A DNA stretch of 64,000 nt from Eledone cirrhosa (taxonomy: Eukaryota), in contig OZ024744.1 of NCBI GenBank assembly GCA_964016885.1, positions 126,480,001 through 126,544,000 of the forward strand. The letters are read 5' to 3'. Position 1 is the stretch's first letter, and each line of letters begins with the position of its first letter. Made by a program: the position numbers and the translations under genes. The notes under the pieces were generated by a model. It was not told the DNA's origin. It was given only the letters and a program-made list of their open reading frames with translations, and searched no databases. Of this stretch, positions 26,934-40,693 are shown piece by piece.

Positions 26934-27321
26934 GCCACTATAACTACTACCACTACTACTACTGCTACTACTACTGCTACTGATACTGATACTACTACTG
27001 CTACTACTACTACTGCTACTACTGCTACTACTACTACTACTACTACTACTACCACTACTATTACTACTACTACTACTGATACTACTACTACTGCTACTAC
27101 TACTACTACTACTGATACTGCTACTACTACTACTACTGCTACTACCACTACTATTACTACTACTACTGATACTACTACTACTGCTACTACTACTACTACT
27201 GATACTGCTACTACTACTACTACTGCTACTACCACTACTATTACTACTACTACTACTACTACTGCTACTACCACTACTATTACTACTACTACTACTACTG
27301 CTACTACTACTACTACTACTA
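26316..27321. repeat. Six 62-68-bp tandem units followed by (ACT)n microsatellite
   Basis: ggcaacaacgtgttaa recurs six times between 26350 and ~26690, then degenerate (tac)n runs to 27321. Confidence 0.9.
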
Positions 27322-27324
27322 GTG

Positions 27325-28707
27325 CTTAACCCTAACCCTAACCCTAAACCTAACACTAACCCTAACTTTAACCCTAACCCTAACCCCAACCCCAACCCTA
27401 ACCCTAACACTAACCCTAACCCTAAACCCAACTCTAACCCTAACCCCAACCCCAACCCCAACCCTAACCCTAACCCTAACCCTAACCCTAACCCTAACCC
27501 TAACCCTAACCCTAACCCCAACCCTAACCCTAACACTAACCCTAACCCTAAACCCAACTCTAACCCTAACCCCAACCCCAACCCCAACCCTAACCCTAAC
27601 CCTAAACCTAACCCTAACCCTAAACCTAACCCTAACCCTAACCCCAACCCCAACCCTAACCCTAACCTTAACCCCAACCCTAAACCCAACTCTAACCCTA
27701 ACCCCAACTCTAACCCTAACCCTAACCCTAACCCTAACCCCAACACTAACCCCAACTCTAACCCTAACCCTAACCCCAACCCTAACCCTAACCCTAACCC
27801 TAACCCCAACTCTAACCCTAACCCTAACCCTAACCCTAACCCCAACTCTAACCCTAACCCTAACCCCAACAATAACCCCAACCCTAACCCCAACACTAAC
27901 CCTAACCCTAACCCCAACCCTAACCCTAACCCTAACCCTAACCCCAACCCTAACCCTAACCCTAACCCCAACCCTAACCCCAACCCTAACCCTAACCCTA
28001 ACCCCAACTCTAACCCTAACCCTAACCCCAACCCTAACCCTAACCCTAACCCTAACCCCAACTCTAACCCTAACCCTAACCCTAACCCTAACCCCAACTC
28101 TAACCCTAACCCTAACCCCAACAATAACCCCAACCCTAACCCCAACACTAACCCTAACCCTAACCCCAACCCTAACCCTAACCCTAACCCTAACCCTAAC
28201 CCCAACTCTAACCCCAACTCTAACCCTAACCCCAACCCTAACCCTAACCCTAACCCCAACCCTAACCCTAACCCTAACCCCAACCCTAACCCCAACCCTA
28301 ACCCTAAACCTAACCCCAACCCTAACCCTAACCCTAACCCCAACTCTAACCCCAACTCTAACCCTAACCCTAACCCCAACCCTAACCCTAAACCTAACCC
28401 CAACCCTAACCCTAACCCTAACCCCAACTCTAACCCCAACTCTAACCCTAACCCTAACCCCAACCCTAACCCTAAACCTAACCCCAACCCTAACCCTAAC
28501 CCTAACCCCAACTCTAACCCCAACTCTAACCCTAACCCTAACCCCAACCCCAACCCTAAACCTAACCCTAACCCTAACCCCAACTCTAACCCCAACTCTA
28601 ACCCTAACCCTAACCCCAACCCTAACCCTAACCCTAACCCCAACTCTAACCCTAACCCCAACTCTAACCCCAACCCTAACCCTAACCCCAACCCTAACCC
28701 TAACCCC
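27325..28707 (+). repeat. Interstitial telomeric-type array (CCCTAA)n with variants
   Basis: About 230 hexamers: CCCTAA plus CCCCAA, CTCTAA, CACTAA and ACCTAA variants. Unique sequence lies on both sides. Confidence 0.95.
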
Positions 28708-29069
28708 GACTTACACAAGGGATATAATTAGATTAATTAAAGTTATAATGGTTTCTTATTTAGGCACAAGGCCTGCAATTTGGGGGGAGGGGAAAGTCGA
28801 TTAAATCGACCTCAGTGCGTGACTGGTACTTTATTTTATCGACCGCGTAAGGATGAAAGGCAAAGTTAACCTCGGCAGGATTTGAACTCAGACCAAATAA
28901 TGATTCCATTTATTGGCCACAAGGGCCGACTCTCAGACCAAATAATAAAGACAGTCATGATAACAATAACCTGAAATATAGGATTACGTCGAGTGCTCTC
29001 CCTAATACTACATCAAGGTTGACTATACGGAATGACCAGTTCTATCCAGTGGTGAGCCAACAAACCTAA

Positions 29070-29136
<67 letters not shown>

Positions 29137-29247
29137 AGAGGGAGAATGATATTCTGACGGTCTTCCAGTTTATTCCGAAGTCTGTACAAAAGATTTACTG
29201 TTGATTGTATAACTAAACTTTGAAGATTTAAAGGAAAAAAAACTAAG

Positions 29248-29939
29248 TTGTAATGGATAATATCACTGCTATTTCTAGCAGTTAGAGAGACTACGTAGAG
29301 GTTTTCTTATTGATGTATAATTGATATTTTACTGACTGATACTTTCTGACTTACAATCAATTAAATACGATTGGAACTGTGTCTGAAGGTATTAAATTAT
29401 ATCAGGGACTTTTAACGCATGACACCGGTACGAGAGTTGATACATTCCGAACGACACCGGGTACCTGCTGTCTTCATTATAACTTTAATTAATCTAATTA
29501 TATCTTGTGTAACAATTATATATATATATATATATACACAAATTTAATTACCCGACATCAGTCTTACACTGTCATATCTATTCTTACTTTACAATTGTGT
29601 CTACTAAGAGTTCCATTACAATCTGTAGTAGTAAAACTACTATTTCACCAGAACATCTGCTATCAGTCATTTATAGACAATATATATATTTTAGACCACA
29701 TATCAACCTAATATATATATATTTCCTATCAAATCTGTAGCTAAAGACATAAAGTCAGCCTCACTACTTCATTCTGACAAGATATCAATTTATGACTAAA
29801 GATGAAGAAGAGACACCAACGTTAATGTCGTGAAATAAAGCTGATAACATTGAAACTTCTAATTTGATAACAAAGAGATTATTTCTTTGGTTGTTTAGTA
29901 ACAACTAACAACACAACACATTGATTATATGTGAAGGAG
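29248..29939 (+). other. Start of ZNF duplication unit 1 (candidate promoter plus non-coding exon 1)
   Basis: Paralogous to 42153, 55527 and 62341. Ends at the conserved donor gaaggag|GTAAGT (29940). Candidate acceptor ttcttatttcAG at 36279-36280 precedes the ZNF array. Confidence 0.65.
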
Positions 29940-30231
29940 GTAAGTTGTCAAAGATTTACTTAATGTCTATATTAATGTGTGTAAATAATATAATTATGTG
30001 ACCCTACAACGATTGAGTAATTAACCAGATTCCACTGTTACATGTGATATAAAATATATTGTTATGATGACTGTCTTTATTATTTAAATTACCTCCGTCT
30101 ATTTAATTATGTGGTTCACTACCTTACATTATAAAATATAGTTTATATTTAGCTGTACCTTGTTGTTGTTTCAGGGAAGTTTTGTTCGTTTTAGTCTAAG
30201 TCTATCTTGATTTAATTTACTTCATCTACAC

Positions 30232-30954
30232 CACAGGTTCTCAACCCATTTAGGCCAAACGCCCTCTTTTGTCCCTCGAATTCATGAAACGCCCCCCGCC
30301 ACCCCATTTTTAAAATTTTTCAATATACTACTGATTTTTATATCAGTAGTTTACTAAAAAATTGATTAACAATATTCCAAACACGTGTGTATTATCTGAT
30401 TATGTGTTGTATGTGGTCCTAGATGTGTGTATTATCTGATTATGTGTTGTATGTGGTCCTAGATGTGTGTATTATCTGATTATGTGTTGTATGTGGTCCT
30501 AGATGTGTGTTCTACTCGCTTCTGTTTTTTTCTTTTCTTTTTTCTATTTGTAATATTATTTATACAATAGGGAATAAAATAGATCTACATAGTGTTAACG
30601 CGTTACGGTTGAGTCAATAATTTCAGACAAGATTCTAACTGTCTGCTCTCAAAGTGTCTTTGACCCAGGTGACTGTGGGTTTTTCCATTTTTAGTATCTC
30701 AATTTCCGGTTAACGTCTCAATTACCGGACATGCCTGCACAGCTGCTCACATCTGCAGACAACATAACTATAGTCTGACCGCAGGTGTGCAGGCATGTCC
30801 GGTAATTGAGATCCTAAAAATGGAAAAACCCAGCGCCCCCTCCCCCAGCTCCAAACGCCCCCCTAACGTGACATTGCTCCCAAACGCCCCCCTGGAGTTC
30901 TGAAAATCCCCCCCCCCCCCCGTGGTTGCACATGGCCCCCATTGAGAACCTTTG
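30232..30954. mobile_element. hAT-family MITE with 8-bp TSD
   Basis: TIRs cacaggttctcaac / attgagaacctttg; TSD atctacac at 30224-30231 and 30955-30962. Internal 40-bp x3 tandem (30385-30510) and hairpin (30678-30831). Confidence 0.85.
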
Positions 30955-30964
30955 ATCTACACCA

Positions 30965-32195
30965 TCATAGTTTTACGTCCGTTTTTCAATCCTGGCATGG
31001 GTTGGTGGGTCCTTTTAAGCACATCTACCCTGGTCTCCCTCTAGTATGGCTTCCCTCCTCTGGTTTTCCGTGGCACTTCTTTAACCAATGATTACCAATT
31101 ACTTCCTCATTTTATCCAAGCTCTGCCTTCCTCTCACATTTACGTTGCACACCCAACGAAGCATGGTTGCTCCATTTCTCTCCAGCTTATGCATGTCTTC
31201 TGCAGTTACTGCCCATATTTCACTTCCATGCAATATTACACTTTACACACAAGCATTGTACAGCCAACATCTTTGTACGTAGGGAGAAACCTGTATTTGC
31301 CAACAGTGGAAGTAGGTCTCTAAACTTCAATCCTATCCTCTCTTACGAAGCACCTTCCTCCGCTGCTAATTAGGTTACCTAGATAGCGGAAGCTATCATT
31401 GTGTACAGTTTATGCCTACTTCTTTCCTACATATGCAGTAGGGTCGCTTATTCTCTAGTTCTTTTATGAATTCAGCTATAAGGACCAGATCATTCACATA
31501 GACCTTTTCCCGTGAACAGCCAGTCTTAAACCCATTGGTTATGGCCTGGAGAACTATGATGAACAGCAGTGGGTTGTGAACTGAACCATGATGAACACCT
31601 ACCTGTACATTGAATTCTTCACTAAACCCCCTTCCTACTCTTGCTTTACTGACAGCTCCTCTGTACATGGCTTGCACTGCTCTCAAAAGCCATTCTCCAC
31701 CTAATTTTCTGATGGACCACCAGATAATACAGTAAGGTACTCTGTGAAAGGCCTTTTCTAGATCTATAAAAGCTAAATATTGCAGCTTAATCTTGGCTAG
31801 GAACCTCTCTTGTAGTTGTGTCGCTAACAAGTTTCATCAGTAATTCCAAAGAGAATGTCACTTATATGTGTGTGTCTGTTGAACAATGAACATAAAACAA
31901 AAGTCTAAGATTCCTTCTTAATTTATTCTCTGCATTCATCAATCTCTCATAGTAACATTTCTATGCCTCTTTCTTTTGAGCATCAGTGGTGCTAAGTGTA
32001 CCAGTATCATTTCTAACACACCTTTCCCTATCTTACAATGTGGAACACTTCACACCTCTCATTCTCATGCCTCAAAACGTTGGCAAACTTTCTTTTTTCA
32101 GCCTCTCTCTGTGTTATGTATACTTGTCTTCTAGCTTTTCTCTTAGCTACCTGGTCCTGGTCTGACGCCCCTATTTGTCCAGTCTTTCCATGTCT
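30965..32195 (-). mobile_element. Decayed RTE LINE fragments
   Basis: ORF 31396-31830 has AFIDLEKAF…GVHHGSV…PLLFIIV…YVNDLVLIAE. Confidence 0.85.
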
Positions 32196-32505
32196 TTAAC
32201 CCTTTAGCATTTAAACTGGCCGTATCCAGCCAGAATTCTCTCACCTCCTTCTGTTCAAACCGGCTGTAACTCGTTACTCATATTGATGTTAATGTATTGT
32301 GCTCAAAATAAGTAATATCAAAGTCTCATAGATTCAATATTATGTAAGATAAAGACTTTACCATGAAAATATAATAGTAAATATAGAGTAATGTAAATGC
32401 TACAGGGTTAATAGCTCTATCTACTGTGCTGTTTCACCACTAGGTCACCCTCTGTCTGGCTGGTACTTTGTTCCAGCCACAAGTCTTATCAATTCCAAAG
32501 AAATT

Positions 32506-32822
32506 GTCAATTATATATGTGTGTTTGTGGGTATTGAACATTGAAAATAAAACAAAAGTCTGAGATATGGTTCATTGTTTTACAATCGTTTCAGAGGGTT
32601 GATTGATCATGGTAAATCAATATATTGATACGGTGTGATTGATCAGGGATTTTGAGACTAGAAATAGTTAGTGACATAACAACTACCTGTTTGTCAATAT
32701 ATCAATCTACCATGATCAATCAAACCTCTGTAATGATCGTAAAACAATGAACTAATTAAGAACATATCTTTGTCTCTAGTTTTACTTTCATTGTTTAAAA
32801 CACACACATATATATAAATGAC
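32506..32822. repeat. Decayed inverted repeat / MITE-like element
   Basis: gttcattgttttacaatcgtttcagagggttgattgatcatggta (32570) pairs with taccatgatcaatcaaacctctgtaatgatcgtaaaacaatgaac (ends ~32751). Weaker outer arms. Confidence 0.7.
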
Positions 32823-32969
32823 TCTGTAACTCTAGAAGAATCTTTGAAGTAACCTAATGTGATGAGATCCTACTACAAAAACTATAACTTTCATCACCCA
32901 ATCTTGTTGAAACCATCTCTTCAAGGCTGGAATGAGTTCTAACAATGTTATCTTTAATACTAGTATATA

Positions 32970-34430
32970 TATCATCATCATTTTACATCTGTTTTTCCCT
33001 GCTTGCAAGGGTGGGACAGGTCCTATTCAGCACAGCAACTCTCCACTTGTCATCTCCTCGGTGAGTTTTAGCGATCTGAGGTCTTCTCTCACCACCTCCG
33101 CCCATGTTTTATGTGGTCTACCTCTTCTGCGTCTTCCTACTTCTGGGATTATTTGGCACTTCTTTACCCAGTGGTCACATGTCCATACCATCTCAGTCTT
33201 CTCTCCTGCACACCACAACCTATCCCTCTTATACCCAGTTTCTTCATCAACTCATCTATGCTTGGTCGTTCACACACATTGACATTGCACATCCAATGGA
33301 GCATGCTTGCTTCTCTCCAGCCGTCACATATCCTTTGCAGTTGCTGCCCATGTCTTTCTACCATGCATCATCGCACATCGGCATCATATAACCATCCTTT
33401 CGTATGCAGGGACGAACCCTTCTTTGTCAACAGAGAAAGCAGCTCCCTAAACTTCTTCCAACCCGTCCTTATTCTAGATACTATGACCTCGGAACACCCC
33501 TCCCATGCTAATCTGATCACCTAGGTACCGGAAGCTATCAACCACATCTATAGAACCCACCTGTATTTGAAAAATGTGTTTATCACTGCGATTACTACTG
33601 CCAACTTTCCCTATACATCTACTGCATACATAGTTATCCCTACCTGTTGGTTTGCCTGCTATCCCACTACATCTCTTGTGTACCCAACATCTGCATTGCG
33701 TACATTTTATGGAATTTATGCCAGTTCCTTTCCCACATATCGAACATGGCCATTTCCACAATGGAATCAGAGTTTTGTCCTCTTTTCTACTCATCAACAC
33801 TTTTGTTTAAGCTATGTTCACTCTCAGGCCTCTTGATTCCAACTGCTATTTCCATAGCCAGAATTTATTCTCTAACCCCTCTACTGATTCGCTGATTCTG
33901 CTATAAGAACCAGATCATCAGCATAGAGAAGTTCCCATGGACATCCAGTCTTAAACTCCTCCGTTATGGCTTGGAGGCTTATAACGAACAAGAGTGGGCT
34001 GAGGACCGAACCTTGATGTATACCTACTTGTATCTGGAATTCCTCACTAAACTCCATTCCTACCCTCACTTTACTGACAGCACCCCTGTACATAGCTAGC
34101 ACTGTCCTCACAAGCCATTCCTCTACACCTAGTTTCCTTAGGGACCACCAGATGACAGATCGGGGTACCCTAACAAAAGCTAAGTATAGAGACTTATTCT
34201 TCTCTAAGAACCTCTCTTGTAGTTGCCTCACTAAGAAGAGGGCTTCTGTTGTACTTTTCCGAGGCACAAAACCAAACTGCATCTCATCTAAATTGACACT
34301 TTCTCTAATCAGCTGCGCTAATATCCTCTCTGCCACTTTCATAACCTGATCCATCAGCTTTATGCCCCTATAATTGCTCCTCTCTAGAGCATCCCCTTTA
34401 CCTTTGTAGCAATTTATGAGAATACTGCTG
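32970..34430 (-). mobile_element. 5'-truncated RTE LINE (RT, PHD-like finger, C-terminus, tail)
   Basis: QFGFVP…STTEA, GIHQGSVLSPLLF, ELLYADDLVLIAES, CSICGKG…CTQCRCWVHKRC…CSRC, RRLRWYGH, GRPHKTW and (atc)n tail. Frameshifted. Confidence 0.92.
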
Positions 34431-34978
34431 TACCTACATTATATGCTTTCATTATACCATTCTATTTAGATTATATATATTGCTTGTCATCATCATCATC
34501 ATCATTTAACGTCTACCTTCCACGCTAGCATGGGTTTAGACGGAAATTGTCCCACTTGAGGCAAGATTGGTCGGGTGACCGTATCTCACTTGTATAGGAC
34601 TAGATGGCAGGTTTTCTATGGCTGGCTATCCTTCCTAACACCAACCCCGTTTACAGTGTGGACTGGGAGGTTTTTACCATGTTACCTACACGGCCACATT
34701 ACAGCGTGGACTGTGTGTTTTTTTGTCGTGACACCTACACAACCTCATTTATTTAGGACTGGATGTTGTGGTACCAACATAACTTTACAGAGATAGGGTG
34801 GTGTTGATGGGGTGGGGGTTGGATAGTGGGATGTGGGTGTATATTTGGTTAAGAGGTGCCTACTGACTAGGTTTCGCTTTGTACTTAGGCAAGGCGGATC
34901 TTCTGTATTACTGAGTAGCGCCAAAGATCTCGGTCCAGTGACATTGTCTTAATGTATATATATATACATATACACACA

Positions 34979-35034
<56 letters not shown>

Positions 35035-35039
<5 letters not shown>

Positions 35040-35700
35040 AACTGTTCGTATACACACATTATTCAACCTGCCCTTTGTTTTGAGGAAAAAGCCTTTAGTA
35101 AGTTGCAGTGGTAGTAGCATCCTGAACCTTTTCCATGCCATGTTCACTCAGGCTGCTCTACTTTCAGAACCCCCCTCCCCTCTCCACTGATGATAGCATC
35201 ACCCAGGTAACAGAAGCTGTCTACCTCTTCTATGTGACCCTCCAACAGTTTGTTAGAGCTTGTTTCCTGTGAAGGTGTGTGGCTGAGTGGTTAAAGAATT
35301 GGATTCGCAATCGTGAGGTTGTCAGTTCGATTCACTGACCGGGTGATGCGTTATGTCCTTGAGCAAGACATTTTATTTCACATTGCTCCTTCTACCTGGA
35401 GTTGTGACTGATAGGTAGTATTAGCAATTGGAAAGACCAATGGAAACATTGTTTCCTCGGTCCAATTTGACGAAAGTCAATCGTTGCTTCCTGTGAATGT
35501 TTGCTACTTACTGCTCCTGTGCAATGGCCACATGTAAAACGTATATTCTTAGCTAACCTACCTGAGATCCCACTACATCTCTTGTGTACCCATTGTTTGT
35601 ATTTTGGACAGAGAATGGAATTTCTACCTACACCTTTCTAGCACACTGAGCAAGGCCATTTTTCTGAGGGTATCAGGGCCCTGTTTTCCCTTCTACTGAT
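35035..35700 (-). mobile_element. Decayed RTE LINE fragment interrupted by a family-B SINE (35275-~35482, +)
   Basis: Minus strand has WPCSVC…WVHKRCSGISG and FCYLGD. SINE head ggtgtgtggctgagtggttaaag…gttcgattc. Confidence 0.7.
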
Positions 35701-36525
35701 AATTGGCTGGCTAACCCAGACATAGTCCTAAACAAATGAAACAGTAGTGGAGTCGTAGGGGTACACTATAGGGGTGCATATTTGAAAACCTGATGGAGCC
35801 CATCACCTCTCTCGTTTGAATACCATTGAGATCTGAATAAAACTTCAAGTGAAATCAGATATTGTATGGATTCATATAGACTCGTAACTCCTGGTCTAAA
35901 CACGGCCGATTTCTCGCAGAGGAAGATAGAAAAGAAGTAAGAAAAAGATATAGAGGAACAATTGACTCCAACTAATAAAAAGATGGAAGTTAAACTAGTG
36001 TTGACATGTCACCAGGAGAGGAGATGATTGCTATATTAGAGAGTCCTATCAGAATGAATTTTTCACTAAACTGCCATAGAGCAGACTTCTCTAGAGATAG
36101 AAGGATAACATTTATAGAGCATGCTGGAATACCACTGTTTGCATTGGAGAGAATTACTCTGGACAGGAAAGTTGATATCTACAGTTTACGATATATAGAA
36201 ATATACAATTTCCACTGTTAAATCTATCTCTGCTTCTTAAGTATTCTGTATTATCTCATACTGTTTCTTTCTTATTTCAGAATACCAGATGACATTGGGA
36301 TAAATTATTATTTTCAATCTTGGATACATCACCTCTATTTATCATCATTTGAAGACTATTAACTGAAATCACAGTTGAGGGAAATATAGAAGATATATTT
36401 TTTAGGAATATAATGTAAAAAATATTACAAGTATATTCTGTTGGAGATAAAATTATTATCGAAAATAAATGGAGTGAAAAGTTAAATGCGAAACACAATC
36501 GAAAATGTTTAGTATTCCTGGTGAG

Positions 36526-36701
36526 ATGACAAAGGTTGGAGAAGAGAAGCCATATGATTGCAATATCTGTGGTAAATCATTCAATAAATGTAGTACCTTA
36601 ACTACTCACATACAGGAGACAAGCCATGTCACTGTGATATCTGTAGTAATTCATTCTCTCACAGTAGTACGTTAGCTAGTAACAAAAGCATACATACATG
36701 A
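36526..36701 (+). pseudogene. Decayed 5' fingers of ZNF gene 2
   Basis: ATG 36526 ([16 protein letters not shown]), a ~10-nt deletion in the first finger, and TGA at 36699-36701 in the second linker. Confidence 0.8.
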
Positions 36702-37973
36702 GACAAGCCATATCATTGTGATATCTGTGGTAAATCATTCTCTCACAGTAGTACCTTAAGTAACCACAAACGAATACATACAGGAGAAAAGCCATATCAC
36801 TGTGATATATGTGGTAAATCATTCTCTGTAAGCAGTAACTTAACTACCCACAATCGTACCAATACAGAAGACAAGCAATATCATTGTGAGATCTGTGGTA
36901 AAACATTCCCTCAAAGTGATGCATTAACTAAACACGTACGTACCCATACAGGAGACAAGCTATACCACTGTGACATCTGTGGTAAATCATTCTCTCAAAG
37001 TATTCACTTAACTAGACATGAACATATACATACAGGACAGAGGACATATCACTGTCATATCTGTGGTAAATCATTCAATAAAAGTAGTACCTTAACTACA
37101 CACATGTGTATACATACAGGGGATATGTCTTATCACTGTGATATCTGTGGTAAATCTTTCTCTGTAAGTAATGCCTTAACTAGACACAAACTTATACATT
37201 CAGGAGAGAAGCCATACCACTGTGATATCTGTGGTAAATCATTCTCTGTAAGTAATGCCTTAACTAGACACAAACGTACTCATACAGGAGACAAGCCGTA
37301 TCACTGTGATATCTGTGGTAAATCATTCTCTGATAGAGGAACCTTAACTAGACACAAACGTACCCATACAGGAGACAAGCCATATCACTGTGATATCTGT
37401 GGTAAATCATTCTCTGATAGTGGTAACTTAACTAGCCACAAACGTATACATACAGGAGACATGCCATATCACTGTGATATCTGTGGTAAATCATTCTCTG
37501 TAAGTGGTCACTTAACTAAACACAAACGTATACATACAGGAGACAAGCCGTATAACTGTGATATCTGTGGTAAATCATTCTCTGACAGTGGTAACTTAAC
37601 TAGCCACAAACGTATACATACAGGAGACATGCCATATCACTGTGATATCTGTGGTAAATCATTCTGTGATACTAGTACCTTAACTAGACACAGACGTATA
37701 CATACTGGAGAGAAGCCATATCACTGTGATATCTGTGGTAAATCATTCTCTGATAGTAGTAGCTTAACTAGCCACAAACGTATACATACAGGAGACAAGC
37801 CATACCACTGTGATATCTGTGGTAAATCATTCTCTCAAAGTAATAACTTAATGCGACACATACGTACCCATACAGGAGACAAGCCATATCACTGTGATAT
37901 CTGTGGTATATCATTCTCTGAGGAAAGTAGCCTAACTACTCACAAACTCATACATGCAGATGAGAAATCTTAA
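36702..37973 (+). CDS. C2H2 zinc-finger array, 15 fingers in one open frame (10 after first ATG at 37104)
   Basis: [11 protein letters not shown]…HxxxHTGDKP repeats. The frame is open from 36702 to TAA at 37973. May be a truncated gene or a pseudogene. Confidence 0.8.
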   Translation, partial: DKPYHCDICGKSFSHSSTLSNHKRIHTGEKPYHCDICGKSFSVSSNLTTHNRTNTEDKQYHCEICGKTFPQSDALTKHVRTHTGDKLYHCDICGKSFSQSIHLTRHEHIHTGQRTYHCHICGKSFNKSSTLTTHMCIHTGDMSYHCDICGKSFSVSNALTRHKLIHSGEKPYHCDICGKSFSVSNALTRHKRTHTGDKPYHCDICGKSFSDRGTLTRHKRTHTGDKPYHCDICGKSFSDSGNLTSHKRIHTGDMPYHCDICGKSFSVSGHLTKHKRIHTGDKPYNCDICGKSFSDSGNLTSHKRIHTGDMPYHCDICGKSFCDTSTLTRHRRIHTGEKPYHCDICGKSFSDSSSLTSHKRIHTGDKPYHCDICGKSFSQSNNLMRHIRTHTGDKPYHCDICGISFSEESSLTTHKLIHADEKS

Positions 37974-38869
37974 TGCATTGACATCAGTGATAAATCTTAA
38001 TGCATTGACATCAGTGATAAATCCTCTCAAAATTGTGAATTAATGAGAATACAAATATATATCAGTGTAATATCTATGGTAAATCATTCTCTTTCAATCT
38101 ACATTAACTTCACACAAACATATACAGGTGGGAAGCCATATCACTTTGATATGTTTGGAAAATATATCTTTTAATGCAGCAATTTAACTAAATATATGCA
38201 TAGATGAGGGAAACCATATCATCATCATCATCATCATTTTACGTCCGCTTTTCCCTGCTTGCAAGGGTGGGATGGGTCCTATTCAGCAAAGCGTCTCTTC
38301 ACTTGTCACGGTCCTTCGTCATCTGCACCGTGAGCTTCCAAGGTCTGCTCTCGCCACCTCCACCCATGTAAATAATTTTCTAATTTTGGTTTCAGTACAC
38401 ACTAACATACAGGAGAGGAACCATATCACTGTGATGTCTGTGGTAAATCCTTCTCTAAATGTTGTGGTTTCACTACACACTAACATATAGGAGAGGAACT
38501 ATATCACTGTGATGTCTGTGGTAAATCATTCTCTTGTAAAGGTTACTTAATGAAACAGAAACACAATCAGACAAGATAAAAACCATGTCACTCACCTAAA
38601 ATAGTGCCACCAATGTTGTTAATAGTTTGAATAAAACTGTTTTACTAAGAAATTCTTCTTTCATTTTATTTGTAGAAGTTGTAACCAAGACTTGTGCTGA
38701 CAAAACTGTATTGTTCAGAATTGACATACGCTACATATATGTGAATGTATGTGTGTAGAAATTTGTGACCATGTATATGTTTGTATCTGTATTTATATAT
38801 AAGTATGTGCATATCTGTATTTGATTTATTTATTATGTCTGTGTGTACATGTACGTCATCTTCATTAAC

Positions 38870-39380
38870 ATCATCACTGTTTTTATGTTCGTTTTCCATG
38901 CTTTTTTGGTTGGACAGGTCCTTCTCAACATGGCATCTTTCAACTTGTCATGTTCCTTTGTCATCTCCTCTGTGAGAGTCAGTCATTTGAAGTCAGTTCA
39001 CATAGCCTCTGTCTAGGTCTTTCTTGGTCTACCTCTACTATGGCTTCCTTCTACTGGGATGTCCTGGCACTTCTTCACCCAGCTGTCATTATCCATGTGT
39101 ATCACATGTCTGTACCAATGCAGTCTTCTCTCTTACACATCTCTTAAGATCCCTCTTAAACCCAGCTTCTTCTTGAACTTGTCCAATCTCTGCCTTTCTC
39201 TCACACTTAAATGGCACATCCAATGTATCATGGTTGCTTCATTCCTCTCCAGTCTACACTTTTTTTATGCTGTCACAGCCCTTGTTTCACTACCATGCAG
39301 CATCGTATTTTATTGGCAGGTGTGATACAGTCATCCTCCACTGCTAATTAAATCACAGAAGCTATCAACCACTTCTATGT
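38870..39380 (-). mobile_element. Decayed RTE LINE 3' fragment downstream of ZNF gene 2
   Basis: Minus strand has RRLHWYRHV…GRPRK. A paralogous copy at 52105-52730 lies downstream of gene 3. Confidence 0.75.
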
Positions 39381-39800
39381 GTGTATAATTACTTGTGTAT
39401 CTTTATGTGTCTGTGTATATATGTGTATAGATCTGCATAGATTTGCAGTATATGATACAGCCGGGAAAACATCTCATATTATCTGGGTCCTTCTAGCAGA
39501 TCCAGCACGTGACACATATATATATATATTATATATATATGTATAATATATATATATACATATATATATCGTTAGTCGATCGACTTTCGTCAAATTGGAC
39601 CGAAGAAACAATGTTTCCATTGGTCTTTCCAATTGCTAATACTATCTATTGGTCACAACTCCAGTTAGAAGGAGCAACATGAAATAAAGTGTCTTGCTCA
39701 AGGACATAACACATCACCCGGTCCGAGAATTTAACTCACAACCTTTCAATTACAAGCCCAGTGCTCTAACCACTAAGCCATATATATTATATATATATTA

Positions 39801-39977
39801 CTAGCAGAATGGCCCGGAGATCGCTAAAGCACCTAATGGGGTCCCTAGGGCATTGAAAATTTGAAATTTTTCTCCTCTAAACACTCACAGGACCATAAGT
39901 ATTACATGTGTAAAGTTTGAAAACAATCGGTTGGGTGGTTCTTGAGTTTCAGGCATTCTCTATTTTATATATATAGA
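39801..39977 (-). mobile_element. Mini-Helitron (~180 bp)
   Basis: Minus strand 5' a|TCTATATATATAAAA and 3' ccgggccattctgCTAG|t. Confidence 0.6.
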
Positions 39978-40016
39978 TATATATATTATATTATATATAT
40001 ATATATGTTATATATA

Positions 40017-40066
<50 letters not shown>

Positions 40067-40332
40067 ATCAGATATATATATATATTAAATATATTATATA
40101 TATATCAACCCACACTATAAAGTGGACATGTAGGTACCACGGAAGAAAAGTACCCAGCACTCACTGTAAATAAGGTTGCTGTTAGGAAGGGCATCCAGCT
40201 GTAGAAATCAAGCCAAAATCAGTTCCCGTATGAGCATGACAAGGTCAGCCAACCGGACACTGCCCACAACAGGACAACCCGTCTAACCCATGCTAGCATA
40301 GAAGAACGGACGTAAAACTGATGATGATGATA

Positions 40333-40670
40333 TCATCATCATCATCATCATTTTACGTCCGCTTTTTCCCTGCTTGCAAGGGTGGGACAGGAACTGATTC
40401 TGTCTTGATTTCTACAGCTGGATGCCCTTCCTAACACCAACCTCATTTACAGTGAGTGCTGGGTGCTTTTTTGCATGGCACCTCCACGACCACTTTGCAG
40501 TGGAATGATAGGAACCCCAGTCCCTATCATCTCATTTCTACAGCTGAGTAAACTGGAGCAATGTGAAATAAAGTGTCTTGCTCAAGGAAACAACACATCA
40601 CCCGGTCTGAGAATTGAACTCACAACCTTTCGATTGCAAGGCCAATGCTCTAACCACTAAGCCATGTGCC
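40333..40670 (-). mobile_element. tRNA/CORE-like SINE (family B)
   Basis: Near-identical reverse complement of 13421-13762. Confidence 0.85.
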
Positions 40671-40693
40671 TCCATATTATATATGTATGTATA

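Noticed and set aside
26622-28731. 698-aa (LG)n/poly-S and 469-aa (NP)n ORFs
   Set aside because: Translations of the telomeric and ACT repeats; no coding evidence.
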